From Octopus vulgaris (Eukaryota), in assembly GCA_951406725.2 (NCBI GenBank), contig OX597831.1, positions 5,394,001-5,458,000 of the forward strand: a stretch of DNA of 64,000 nt, given 5' to 3'. Under the pieces are notes generated by a model. The model had not been told where the DNA came from. It did no database searches and was given only the letters and a program-made list of their open reading frames with translations. A program made the translations under genes and the position numbers. Shown in pieces: positions 12,591 to 26,284 of the stretch; positions within the stretch are counted from its first letter, which is position 1, and each line of letters begins with the position of its first letter.

Positions 12591-13229
12591 CATGTATGTA
12601 TCAGTGTTAAATTTCTGTTACAAGTGCCCCATCAGTACTTGATAACTTGTGTTGGTTTGTTTACGTCTCTTAACTTAGCAGTTCGGCATAACAGACTGAT
12701 AGAACAAGTACCCGACTTAAGCAAAATAAGTAATGGGTAGATTTATTCGATTTAAATCTTTCAAGGCGTTGCTCCAGTATGGCCGCTGTCCAGTGAGTAA
12801 AACAAAGATTTTAGAAAATAAATAAAAGCGAACGCTGAGATTAATACATGGTGAAATTTAAAACAACATGAATATTTTGTTTTGAATTTCATTTGACGGA
12901 GTAATGTGAACGTGGAAGGGTTAGAACAGTGAGGTCTTGTGATTCATAGTCAAGGTTGTTAGACCGCCACGTAGTCTCATCCCCCGAATGATGTGAAACT
13001 AAAGAAGTGTGGCTGCCTCTTACAATAATCAGTTTTAATGTGGCTCTACCGCCGTTAACTTAAATTAGATATTTACCTCATTAGTCGGGAATAATTTTTT
13101 TGTTTACGACTTTTGAATTATAACGGAAGCTCTTGTCTGAATGGTGACTGACTGTCGCATTTAAGTCGCATTCGTAAACGCCTGTATTGTAATTATTATT
13201 TACATCACAATTTCTGAGAAATAAATATC

Positions 13230-13460
13230 TATTTCTTTACTGCCCACAAAGGGCTAAACATAGAGGGGACAAACAAGGACAGACAAAGGGATTAAGTCGA
13301 TTACATCGACCCCAGTGCGTAACTGGTACTTAATTTATCGACCCCGAAAGGATGAAAGGCAAAGTCGACCTCGGCGGAATTTGAACTCAGAACGTAGCGG
13401 CAGACGAAATACGGCTACGCATTTCGCCCGGCGTGCTAACGTTTCTGCCAGCTCACCGCC
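13230..13460 (-). mobile_element. tRNA-derived SINE family A, full length with 18-bp TSD
   Basis: Head GGCGGTGAGCTGGCAGAAACGTTAGC, B box GAGTTCAAATTCC, central GCCTTTCATCCTTTCGGGGTCGATAAATTAAGTACC. Flanked by TTCTGAGAAATAAATATC at 13212-13229 and 13461-13478. Confidence 0.9.
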
Positions 13461-13659
13461 TTCTGAGAAATAAATATCGTGAGCCGAATACCCTAACCAT
13501 TAAGCCACGCGCCACCACTAGGTACACTTGTACTAAAAAATGATTTCCTATGATGGTGATGATGATGCAGCCCTACATTCTAACCACTGCACTACAGCCT
13601 ATACCACACCAGGACGTTTGACTTTCATGACGACACAATATTATCCTTGGTACCACAGC

Positions 13660-13717
13660 CATCACAACTACTACTACTTCTACAACCACCACCATTACTA
13701 CTACTACCACCATCATT

Positions 13718-13749
<32 letters not shown>

Positions 13750-13835
13750 AACCACTACCACTACTACTACTACTACTACCACCATTACTACTACTACTAC
13801 TACTACTACCACTACTACTATTACTACTACTACTA

Positions 13836-13883
<48 letters not shown>

Positions 13884-13990
13884 TTACCATAACTAGTATT
13901 ACCACTACTACTCTACTACTGCTGCTGCTACTACTACTACCACTACCACTACTACTAGCGCCATCACAATTACGTCTACTACTACAACCA
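13660..13990. repeat. (TAC/CAC)n trinucleotide repeat
   Basis: Direct inspection; explains the poly-Y, poly-V and poly-L ORFs. Confidence 0.95.
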
Positions 13991-14389
13991 CTCTTACTGG
14001 AACACTTGCTGACATCCGTGACATCTGCAGGAGTGGCAGTTAGCATCATAGTCGTCATCATCATCATCATCATCATCATCATCCCCGCCACCGTCAGTAA
14101 TCTCGACAACAGCAACACAGCTGCTACAACCGCCATCATTACCATGGTTACTTGTGTCAACATTCAATCAATCCCACCATCTTTTGGTGGCCGTAGTAGT
14201 AGTAGGAGGAGGAGGAGGAGGAGGAGGAAGAGAAGGAGAGATGAGGAAGAAGAAGAGGGTGAATGTAGGAAACCAAGATTAAAATTATATTTTTTATTTT
14301 TTATTTCATTTTATTTTATTTTATTTTTTTGTCCAGATTCAGAAAATTATCAATTTGCAGCATCCAATAAAGAGACGCTATGACATTTA

Positions 14390-14515
14390 GTTGGTTACCT
14401 CTTCACACGTGACCCTAATCACCATGGAGACGTTAAACGCGATCCCATGACGTCAAATCTTGCGTAAGCGATTTGTGGCTTCGGCCAATCACTCATTCGG
14501 CCCCTTCCTGTTTTC
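14390..14515. promoter_or_regulatory. candidate promoter/enhancer motif cluster
   Basis: CACGTGAC (14406-14413), TGACGTCA (14448-14455), TTGCGTAA (14460-14467), GGCCAATCA (14483-14491) and CTTCCTG (14504-14510) in CpG-retaining unique DNA between microsatellites. Confidence 0.45.
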
Positions 14516-14546
14516 TTTCTATCTGTGTCTCTTTCGTCTCAAGCAT

Positions 14547-14603
<57 letters not shown>

Positions 14604-14698
14604 TATATACGCATACATACACACATATATACAATTGCATATATATATATATATATATATATACATACACACACACATATATATATATATACATACAT

Positions 14699-14745
<47 letters not shown>

Positions 14746-14748
14746 CAT

Positions 14749-14789
<41 letters not shown>

Positions 14790-15800
14790 CACACATATAT
14801 ATATATATATACATACATCACATATATATATGCATATATATGTGTGTCGCCAAAGTATGTAATATAGTAAGTTGAAAAACTTCAATTAACTGACATTGTT
14901 ATTCAAGTTAGAAGGGAAGAAAACGTTTTCTGAGAGGATTTAAAATCTAAAATATTTCACCCCAGATGGCTAGACTTGGCGAGTGATAAATTATATAGAG
15001 AAAGAAAAATAAAAGGAAAGCAGTGATGCTAATAATAGGGCTATGGGGACAACAGTAGAAGTGGTTTTAATGACAAATAGAATTACATAGACTAAACCAT
15101 ACTAAAATATACTAATCACATAAACCGAAGATAATATGGTATAATCCACCACATGGCATAAACGCATCTGAAAATAGCAACGAAGTTTCATAAGTTGATA
15201 GGCCTATACTTCTCTCACATTGTTACCAGAAAATAGTTTAACAGATATTCTATAAACATCAGCTATATTTGCCTGGATTATACAGAGTCACTAACTTAGT
15301 AACACTATACAACTATTTCGAGTAGAATGCATTTAAAGTGATATTACAAACACAGCTTCATAGTAAATTTTTCAACAGATGTTTGAGAAATGACATATTA
15401 GGAAAGCAGAAAGTATTTTTAAAAGCCGATATGCGCAACATAACCGCTAATAAAACAAGTAAGAACGAAAGCAACCCCACTTTATTATCGCAACATATAT
15501 GGTAACCCAAAAATAGGAGAGTGCAAAACCATTATGGAATAGACAGCGCTGAGAAAAGCAAAACGATGCAATGAATGCGAAAGGCATGGAATTTATTCAA
15601 AACCACTAAATTTTATATTACTTGCTTCTGGCAGTAACTTAAATCCGAGAAGGAAAACCATTTCCAAAAACTTGAATAAGAAAACAAAAATCACTCTTAC
15701 ATTTATAAACGTATTCCTGGGCCAAGAATATTTGAATTCTAGACTGGTGAACTCAAAACTAAAATCTAAATTTGAAAAAAACAAAGGCAAGATCATTCAC

Positions 15801-16056
15801 ATTTTAAAGGAGAAAAAGGATGGACTTGATTTTAAAGGGGAAAAAGAATGGGCTTGATTTTAAAGGGGAAAAAGAATGGGCTTGATTTTAAAGGGGGAAA
15901 AGAATGGGCTTGATTTTAAAGGGGGAAAAGAATGGACTTGATTTTAAAGGGGAAAAAGAATGGACTTGATTTTAAAGGGGGAAAAGAATGGACTTGATTT
16001 TAAAGGGGAAAAAGAATGGGCTTGATTTTAAAGGGGAAAAAGAATGGGCTTGATTT
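15801..16056 (+). repeat. 28-bp minisatellite, 9 copies
   Basis: Unit ATTTTAAAGGGG(A/G)AAAAGAATGG(G/A)CTTG starting at 15801, 15829, 15857, 15885, 15913, 15941, 15969, 15997 and 16025. Confidence 0.97.
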
Positions 16057-16875
16057 CCTGGGCAATTATGATAACCACGTGCGTTAGATTTTAAGAATAC
16101 ATCCATTAAATTAATGCGTGAAAATATATGAACTTGGATAACAATGAAAGCGATATGTGGTACGCTATCTTTATTTTTAAAATGTTCAGAACCTCTTCCA
16201 TTCAGTACAGTTTTGGTTGTTTGTAGAAATATATATTATATAAAACTCCGCCGAGCATCAACACAAGATGATGCAAGCGTAAGTGTGCCACGATTGTATC
16301 ATATTGTGCAACATGATTTTTGTCCTTGGGTAGCAACGGTTATTTCTTATTTCTTGACCCCTGTAAAGTATGGAAAATGGCTAATATTTCCTTCAAACTT
16401 TACTTTTGTTACATTTATTCAAAGCTCAAAGAATTCCTTTCAACACGTGACTATGATGCTCGCCCATTACCCCTGTTCATGATCAGAAACGCGCATATTA
16501 TCAGTCACTAAGGAACATGCTCATGTGGTTACGGTCAAGCAATTGACGAGCAAATCTATGGTATTGAGCAGAATATTTGCTATAATGATATTTCTGCTTC
16601 AGCAACTAAACGCTGAATCTGTGTGAAATGTAATGGAAAATGAGCCAGTTTCAAAACATTGATGTCCAGGTCACAAAAGCAAAGTTTGAAAAGACAAGTA
16701 GTTATTTCCTTTGATTTCTAGATTGAAGTTTATAAGAAAAAACACTTACTGACCAAAGACGACTAAAAAAAAATTGTTACACAGTGTAACATTGTGTTAT
16801 ACACAATATATTCCACAGGCTTTGTGGAACAAAACACATACGCACACTACCATATATATATATATATACACACAC

Positions 16876-16922
<47 letters not shown>

Positions 16923-17153
16923 TTATGAGAGGTAATGGTGTCAATAAGACCCAAAGGGGTCAGGTAATGCTGAGTAAGTGCTATGGATAGATCATAGTTA
17001 AGCTCCAAGTTCGGTGATTATGCGAATAAGGAGTCCAACGTAGGTCATATATCAGCGTATGTATATATAAAAAATCTTTTTCAGAATGAGATAAAAAAAA
17101 CCAAGGCTGTGAAGATTTTAGAACATTTATAAATAGGTCTTACAGCTAATATA

Positions 17154-17196
<43 letters not shown>

Positions 17197-17789
17197 TTAT
17201 ACATTTGTATATGCACAAACATACATGTATAAATACGTGTGTACATACTTATAAATACATACATACAGACATACATGCATACGAAGATAGATAGGTTGAT
17301 GATGATGATGATAATGATGATGCTGATTGCCTCTTTGTGTCAGATGATAGCTTTCTCACATTTAAGAAGCGGAATGACTAATAACACACCTGTATGTGAT
17401 TGGATTTAAGTGGAAAAAGCTTGTACAACATTACTGCCCCTTCTCTCAGTTACCATCGTAGGGTCCAGTGACACGCATTGCAAGATGGATGGTACTGTTT
17501 TGGCAGCAAGAATTATGGCAGAGAATCTTTCTCCTAAAAGAGTTGCATTCACGGTTTTGTATAGCACTGAAAATGTTACTTTACCCATAGATGGGGACCA
17601 GATAGGTTCCAAGCCAGAAGGGACCTGGTAGCAAGGGTAAGTAGGGGGAGACTCTACACTCCTTCACCCCAACTCCAGGACACCCGAAATGGAACTTCAC
17701 ACCGGGCGCAGTTTAATTTCATATATACGCACCTCCCCAGACACGTAGACATTATTATTGTTGTTATGGTTATCATTATTATTATTATT

Positions 17790-18002
17790 AAGACGCCAAG
17801 CTGGCAGAATCGTTTGCACGCCGGTCGAAGTGCTCAGCGGTATTTCGTCCGTCGCTACGTTCTGAGTTCAAATTCCGCCGAGGTCGACTTTGCCTTTCAC
17901 CCTTTCGGGGTCGATAAATTAAGTACCAGTTGCGTACTGGATCGATCAAATCGACTGGCCCCCTCCCCAAAGATTTCATGCCTTGAGCCTATGGTAGAAA
18001 GG

Positions 18003-18056
<54 letters not shown>

Positions 18057-18223
18057 TACACGCAGGAGTGGCTGCGTGGTAAGTAGCTTGCTCACCAACC
18101 ACATGGTTCTGGGTTTATTCCCACTGTGTGGCACCTTGGGCAAATGTCTTCTACTATAGCCTCGGGCCGATCAAAGCCTTGTGAGTGGATTTGGTAGACG
18201 GAAACTGAAAGAAGCCCGTCGTA

Positions 18224-18296
<73 letters not shown>

Positions 18297-18925
18297 CTGT
18301 GTTTGTCCCGCAAAATCGCATCGCTTGACAACAGATGGCGGTGTGTTTACGCCCCCATAACTTAGCTGTTCGGCAAAAGCGACTGATAGAATAAGTACTA
18401 GGCTTACAAAGAATAAGTCCTGGGGTCGATTTGCTCGACTAAAGGCGGTGCTCCAGCATGGCCGCAATCAAATGACTGAAACAAGTAAAAGAGTAAGACG
18501 CCGAGTTGGCAGAATCGTTAGCACGCCGGGCAAAATGATTAGCGGCATTTCATCTGTCTTTAAGTTCTGAGCTCAAATTTCACCGAGGTCGACTTTGCCT
18601 TTCATCCTATCGGGATCGATGAAATAAGCACCAGTTGAATACTTGGGTCTATGTAACCGACTAACCCTCCTCTTCCAAATGTCAGGTCTTGTGCCTATTA
18701 TACAAAGGATTAGCGAGCTGGCAGACTTGTTAGCACGCCGAGACAAAATACTTAGTAGCATTTCGTCTGTTTTTACGTTCTGAGTTCAAATCCCGCCGAG
18801 GATTTTGCATTTTTATCCTTTCGAGGTCGATAAATTAAGTACCAGTGGTGTACTGGGGTCGATGGAATCGACTTAATCCCTCCCCCAAAATTTCCGGTGT
18901 TGTGCCTATAGTAGGAAGGATTACT
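17790..18925 (+). mobile_element. SINE cluster: family A (17790-18005), full-length family B (18060-18494), two more family A copies (18496-18925)
   Basis: Recurrent family A and B motifs. The family B copy has a tRNA-like head, a CCTTGGGCAA CORE-like box and an internal (TA)n(TG)n tract. Confidence 0.85.
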
Positions 18926-19417
18926 ATTATTATTGAAGTTGTTGTTAGTGAATTTCCTGTTTCAGGTTTTTTTACGTTGTTGTTGTTGTTGCTGTTATTA
19001 TTGCTGTCCCCGCATTATTGCTGCAGCTATTCTAATTGTTGTAATTATTGTTGTTGTTATTCATTATTCTTCATCTTTCTTCTTCGCCTCCTCTTGTTTC
19101 TTTTTTTTTTTTTTGCTGTTATTTTCTTCATCGTCATTTTTTTGGCTATCTTTAATTCTGTTGTTGTTGCTTTTGTTGTTGTCGTCATCGTCGTCGTCAT
19201 CGTCGTTCTTGTTGTTCCTCTTCATGTTCTTTTTATTCAAACCCCCTTTTCTCACTCAACCCACATCATCATAAACAAATACAATTCTGAGAAAATATCT
19301 TCTCGCCAAATTGATATCATTTTGCCGAATAACAAAAGTAAAAATGAGAAACGACAAATTATTATATCAGATATAATAATACTAACAACAACAATAATAA
19401 TAATAATACTAATATTG

Positions 19418-19471
<54 letters not shown>

Positions 19472-20221
19472 CCAACAACAGCAACAACAACCACAACAGC
19501 AGTGATTTCAATATGCAGACGACAGCCATTACACAAACGCTATTGACATGACTTTTCATCATTTGACTGTTTATTCAGTGATGCTGGCAATGTCGAGTGT
19601 TGTTTGCTACAAGTATCTTATGATTGGTGCCGTTAGTTGAGTGATAAAACCAATGGAAGAAAAAGATAAAAGTGAATGTTTTGTTTGAGCCGAGTATAAG
19701 AGTTAAGGAAAGAAAAAAACAAACTATTTAATGGAGTAGGGCGGTGGGAAGGTGTAAGTTACATCAGAGCGAGATTTTGCGAGAAAAACTGACGGAAAGT
19801 TTGAGATAATAAAGTGATAGATTGGTTAGGTAGGAAGAAAGAGAAAATAAAAACGACACACACATACACACACGTACATTACCCCATACACGCACACACG
19901 TACGCAAGCGTACCCATATGTATAAAGCCACGAGAATCGTAGCACAAACGACAAGATGAAATACAATAAAAGTTATAGTTATTAGTTTCATGCTTCGACT
20001 GATAGAAATGGAAATGTGTAACATTTCGGGTGTTCGCCTTTTATCAAAAGAAAGGACGAAAGAATAGAGAAAGGAAAAAAAAAAAAAAACAGCGAATATG
20101 AAAACAGGGGGGAAAAACTTGTAAGGAAAAAAAATCCACAACAGGATGGAGATCCAGCATTCACCAGTTCCATCCACATACAAGGAGTTGCTTCATCGAC
20201 GGATCATAAGCTTAGATCATA

Positions 20222-20383
20222 CCGAGTTCAAATTCCGCCGAGGTCGACTTTGCCTTTCATCCTTTCGGGGGTCGATAAATTAAGTACCAGTTACGCACTG
20301 GGGCCGACATAATCGACTTTAATCCGTTTGTCTGTCCTTGTTTGTCCCCTCTGTGTTTAGCGCCTTGTGGGTAGTAAAGAAAT
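20222..20383 (+). mobile_element. SINE family A, 5'-truncated
   Basis: From GAGTTCAAATTCCGCCGAGGTCGAC through the tail GTGGGTAGTAAAGAAATA. Confidence 0.85.
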
Positions 20384-21344
20384 ACATTATACTGGACAAA
20401 TACTTCTGGTTTGTAGTCATCTATGTATGCTGTGGCGGACTGACCAGGTTGCCAGCTTGCCCGATGGCAGGTGGGCCTCTGCGCCATTAGAATCCATATA
20501 TGGAGGCCCATGTTAGTATCTAAGGGGCCCATCACCTCAAGTTTGAGAATTTTTTATTCACTCCTGGAAGAATGCATTAATTATTTCAGCCTGGCTGTGT
20601 TTGTAGACAGATTGGGTGGGCTCCCTTGTAGTTGCATTTGGGCCCCCTTAGTCTCCTAGCAACCAATATTTTTAGACCCCGTCCGCCACTGTACGCATGC
20701 ATATGTGTATGTAGACATGTATGTATCTATCTATGTATGTCTGCATGTGTTTTATATTTTTATGTATACATACAAGTATGTTTGTATGGATGTATGTATG
20801 TATGTATACATGTGTGTATGTATACATCTATATATGTATGTATGGATGTAAGTTACAGGTATGTATGCATGCGTGCATGTATGAACGTACGTAACACGTA
20901 TGTATGTATACATATACGTTTTATATATGTCTGTATGTAGGTATGCATACATGTATGTTTGTATGGATGTAAGTATGCATGTACTTATGTATGTATGTGT
21001 GCATGCATGTATGTACGTCCGTACATATATATGCATGTATGTATGCGTGTTTGTTTTATATATTTATGTATGCATGAATGTATGTTTGTGAGTGTGCATG
21101 CGTATGATAAATAACAAGCGCACATCTACTTAACATGGTACGTCTTAATTCATCTAATTACACAGATGCTTAATGAATAATTTGAACTAAGGATCTTTAC
21201 TTTTTGACCGACAGATTTAAAAAATAATTTTTGTAACCAAACACTTTCAAATTTCGGACACTGGTAGAATGTGTCATATGAAACATGTTTTACTCTTAGC
21301 CTTTTTGAGAAAAACTTATATTTACGAAGTTATTTCACGAAGTA

Positions 21345-21371
<27 letters not shown>

Positions 21372-21378
<7 letters not shown>

Positions 21379-21450
21379 TCACTGCCTGGAATCGAACTCA
21401 GAATCTTTAGGTTAGTAGCCCGCGCTCTTAATCACTACGCCCTATGCCCA
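21372..21450 (-). mobile_element. isolated tRNA-like SINE head followed by (TAA)n
   Basis: Minus strand GGGCATAGGGCGTAGTGATTAAGAGCGCGGGCTACTAACC...GAGTTCGATTCCAGGCAGTGACC has A and B boxes; cloverleaf imperfect. Confidence 0.6.
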
Positions 21451-21522
21451 TGAGCTGTGTCAAGGCAGTGACTTGAATAATAATAATAATAATAATAATA
21501 TTAATAATAATATTAATAATAA

Positions 21523-22063
21523 TAAATGTCCTGATGCAGTACCAGGCAGTGGCTCTCATGGCTTCTGATCTTAACTGATTGCAAGTGTTATCATGTACAT
21601 TGTTTTGTCTTGGTATAAAAGATGGGCTACAGCAAATATTCTGCTCAATACCATAGATTTGCTTGTCAGTTGTTTGACCTTAACCAGTTGAGCATGTCCC
21701 ATAGTGGCTGACGATATGTGCATCTCTGATCACGAGCAGAAGTAGTGGGGGAGCATCATAGCCATGTGTTGAGAGGGATTCTTTGGGGTTTGAATAATTC
21801 ACCTTTGGAAACAGGGGTGTTTCATTCAACATCCTTAAACAACCCTTATTCAGGGACCTTTGAGCGGGATGGGCTACTCGACCAGAACAAAATTCCAACT
21901 GGGCCCCACCTGCAAGGTCATGTGCTGTTTATCTTGATATGAGATCACCATGTCGCGCACATATGGTTGTGATGCATGTGCCTAGTGTACCCTTATCAGA
22001 CGGGTAGTCATGATGGGTATACTGGGCAGTGTCATTTTGATGGCATGCACTGCTCTCTCACTC

Positions 22064-22065
<2 letters not shown>
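21523..22065 (+). mobile_element. (TAA)n-embedded non-LTR retroelement 3' region
   Basis: Bounded on both sides by (TAA)n. Homologous segments at about 16420-16590 (-) and at 59760-59800 plus 60232-60470 (+, split by a SINE B insertion), the latter also ending in an AAC/AAT tract. Confidence 0.6.
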
Positions 22066-22107
<42 letters not shown>

Positions 22108-22109
<2 letters not shown>

Positions 22110-22280
22110 TCTAAAAATACCTTAGGAATAAGAACCCTGGTTGGAAATTTCCCCAAGACACCTGATGAAGGCTGGAGAGTATATCAACCGAAACGTCGTG
22201 ATAACAACAAACAAGATGACAAATATCCGTCAAATGTAAATAATGTACATAATTCCTTATCTCTTAAATATAGAACTGTA
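22108..22280 (+). mobile_element. short element carrying a minimal hammerhead ribozyme (family G)
   Basis: 22159-22200 reads cac-CTGATGA-a-ggctg(gagagtatat)caacc-GAAA-cg-TC-gtg, with GUC triplet and palindromic ACGT stem III. Second copy on the minus strand at about 23124-23215. Confidence 0.65.
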
Positions 22281-22667
22281 TTATCAATGAAGTGTCGTAT
22301 TCCTGTGCGCAGTGGAACAGTTTGTATCGTGGATTCACAATTTACATGTCTAATTTGTCATGGAAATGTTGCACAGGGGTATAGCGCGTCGGACAAAACG
22401 TGTAGCGGCGTTTCTTTGCGTTCTGACTTCAAATTTCGCTGGGGTCGATTTTGGCTTTCATCCCTTCGAGGTCGATAAAATAATTACCAGATGAACACTA
22501 GGGTCAATGTAATTGACCATCCCCTTCCCCACAAAACGTCGAGCCTTGCAGAAAAAATTTCGGGCCTTGCGTTGCTGATGAAGTTAGGCAGTAGAAAATT
22601 GTGGAGTTTTGCCAGACACCATAATCCGAATTTGAACTCAGATTTAGTACTCCCAATATCTAATAGT

Positions 22668-22965
22668 GAAGGCGCGTGGCTTGGTGGTTAGGGCGTTAGA
22701 CTCACGATCGTAAGAGTGAGGTTTCGATCCTGGACCGGGCAATGCGTGGTTTTCATGAGCAAAAGACTACACCTCACGTTGCTCCTGTACACTCAGCTGT
22801 AGCAATGGGTACCACTAGTGGAGGTGCGTCGCTTAGTGGTTAGGGTGTTCGATTCACGACTGTAAGATTGTGGTTTCGATTCATGGACCCGGTGATCCGT
22901 TGTGTTCTTGAGCAAAACACTTCATTTCACATTTCCTCAGTCCACTCAGCTGTAGAAATGAGTTT
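22668..22965 (+). mobile_element. two tandem 5' halves of tRNA-derived SINE family C
   Basis: GGCGCGTGGCTT.GTGGTTAGGG.GTT.GA.TCACGA...GGTTTCGAT plus the TTGAGCAA.ACACT..ATTTCAC box, twice. Confidence 0.75.
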
Positions 22966-23123
22966 AGCCTGGAGAGAGATGAGCTTCACCAGGCTTTCTC
23001 GCCCTATATGCGTTGCATGGCTGCAGCGCCCCAACGACCCCCAAGGGGTTAAGGGACTTGTCGATTGTCAGTATCTAATTTGAGTCTCACTGTAGTTTCT
23101 CAGCCTGCCACAAATAACAGCCA

Positions 23124-23215
23124 AACACCACGTTTCGGCTGATATACCCTCCAGCCTTCATCAGATGTCTTGGGGAAATTTCGAACCTGGGTTCTCAGCC
23201 CTAATGTTTTTTCGA
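23124..23215 (-). mobile_element. family G hammerhead element fragment
   Basis: Minus strand gacat-CTGATGA-a-ggctg(..)cagcc-GAAA-cg-TG-gtgtt. Perfect stems, but the GUG triplet is predicted inactive. Confidence 0.6.
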
Positions 23216-23572
23216 TGATGATGATGATGATGATGATGATGTATTCCTAAATAAATTGTACTGAAATGACATACAGGACATCTGTTATTTTTCATAATTT
23301 TCCCGTTTCAATCGTTAGATTGCTCCCATGCTGGGGATCTTACCAAGGGCTAAACAGGTATGAAACATGTAACGACCATTGAAGTGGTGGCCAGAAGGGA
23401 GGGATGTATGTGTCAGAAAATATAGACTTCTTCGAATTGACTCATGTATTTATTTTTTAAAGTCTGATATCTATTCTATCGGCCTAATTTGTCGAACTGC
23501 TAAGTTACGGGGACGTAAACACACTAACTCAGGTTATCAACGGTGATGGCGGACAGACACAAACACGTGCAC

Positions 23573-23638
<66 letters not shown>

Positions 23639-23697
23639 TGGTGCATCAGCATGGCCGCAGCTCTGAGCTGAAACAAAAAAGAACATATATATATATA

Positions 23698-24207
23698 CTA
23701 GCAGTATCGCCCGGCGTTGCTCGGGTTTGTAAGGGAAATAACTATATAAGCATTTTTAGAGAGTTACTTCCCTTATAGATGCCAATTCGGGCTTTCTTAG
23801 CCATTTCTATTTTGATGTCTTCAAGCCATGAAGTCGTTGTTCTAAAAGAACGCTGGTCTCCTTGACAACGCTTTACGACGTTGATTTCCTTACACTCCCT
23901 TCCCCACAGCTTCACGAGGGAGGGAAGGGGGAGAAGCAAACGGGTGCAGGTGTGACCATGGACGCCAACTCCGCCGCCATCGACACACGAAAAATTATGC
24001 ATTAAAATGGAATAAAAAATGATGTTATATTATTTTTAAAATCGTAGACTCATCGTAGACGCGCGCTAATACTCAGACGGGCTCGATATGAATCACGACT
24101 ATAAGATACCCGGTTTTGGTTAAACTGCACCGCAAAATGTGGGAGTAGTTAGGAATCTAAATCGAAGGGGACAGACACTCACACAACTACAGTATTATAT
24201 ATATAGA
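23698..24207 (-). mobile_element. non-autonomous Helitron
   Basis: Minus strand begins TC(TATATATATAATAC) and ends with hairpin CCCGAGCAACGCCGGG then ...CTAG, inserted between A and T. Same family as 54882-55272. Confidence 0.8.
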
Positions 24208-24270
24208 TATACACACACACATATAAATATATATATACACACATAAATATATATATATATACACACACAC

Positions 24271-24450
<180 letters not shown>

Positions 24451-24462
24451 GTATACACACAC

Positions 24463-25088
<626 letters not shown>

Positions 25089-25104
25089 TAAATATATATA
25101 TATT

Positions 25105-25144
<40 letters not shown>

Positions 25145-25225
25145 TAAATATATATATATTTATGTGTATATATATATATGTATATATATATACACATATA
25201 AATGTATATATATATATATACACAC

Positions 25226-25277
<52 letters not shown>

Positions 25278-25313
25278 GAGTACAGAGAACCTGCCGTGAG
25301 GAGTAGTTTCTTG

Positions 25314-25374
<61 letters not shown>

Positions 25375-26243
25375 AAGTGAAAGGAGTACAGAGAACCTGC
25401 CGTGAGGAGTAGTTTCCTTGATTATATATACATACACATATATACATACACATACATGCATACATACATACATACACAAATACATACAACGGGCTTATCT
25501 ACCAAATTCATTTACAAGGCGTTGGTTGATGCGAGGTTATAGCAGAAGACTCTTGCCCATGGTGCTACACAGTATGTCCCGTGAGTTCACAATCATCAAG
25601 GAAAGTTCACCGCAAGGCAAGTTTACCGAGAGATAAGTTGACAGTAAAATAACAAAAGAAAAACTTTGCTTCAGGTGAACTTTCTTCTCCACGGTGAATT
25701 AATGGCGGCGAGCTTACCTGTAATCGCCATACAATATGACGGAAGCCGAAACCAACTGATCAGGAGTCAAACTTCTTGCTACACAGCCATTCTTCTCTGT
25801 ATAATAGCCACATCTGGAACCTTTCTGATCACGAGTCTGCTGAATTAGGTCTTACCTAGGGCTAAACATGAAATGGCCATTGGAGAGATGGCCAAAAGTG
25901 AGAGGTGTATGTGTCAGAAAATATCGACTTCTTCGATTGATACGGGATATAATGACAGATGTTAGTAGCTGATGGTAAAATGAACACCATTATATAACTG
26001 GTACATTTTGGCGGTGGATCCAGACTATCATGGGCAGGGTTTTAGCTCAGAAAATAAAAGAGTTGGAGGGGAGTTACAGAGACGCACAGACAGACAGCAA
26101 CAGACTGATACATATGTTTGTTTGTATAGGAGTGTGCGGTGCGGGGGCATGTATGTATGTATGTATGTATGTATGTATGTATGTATGTATGTATGTATGT
26201 ATGTATGTATGTATATATACATATATATATATATACACGTATA

Positions 26244-26284
<41 letters not shown>

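Noticed and set aside
15000-15800. Possible Penelope RT/zinc-finger remnant (TDIL, KRCNEC)
   Set aside because: Too degraded to support without a profile search.
15801-16056. Regular 28-bp repeat resembling a CRISPR array
   Set aside because: Units are directly adjacent with no unique spacers, there are no cas genes, and the context is eukaryotic.
17344-17640. Possible exon (AG acceptor at 17343, GTAAGT donor near 17637, overlapping 68-73 aa ORFs)
   Set aside because: Stops in all three frames across the putative exon and no recognisable protein family.
21372-21450. Functional tRNA gene
   Set aside because: Acceptor stem pairs poorly and it runs into (TAA)n; treated as a SINE head.
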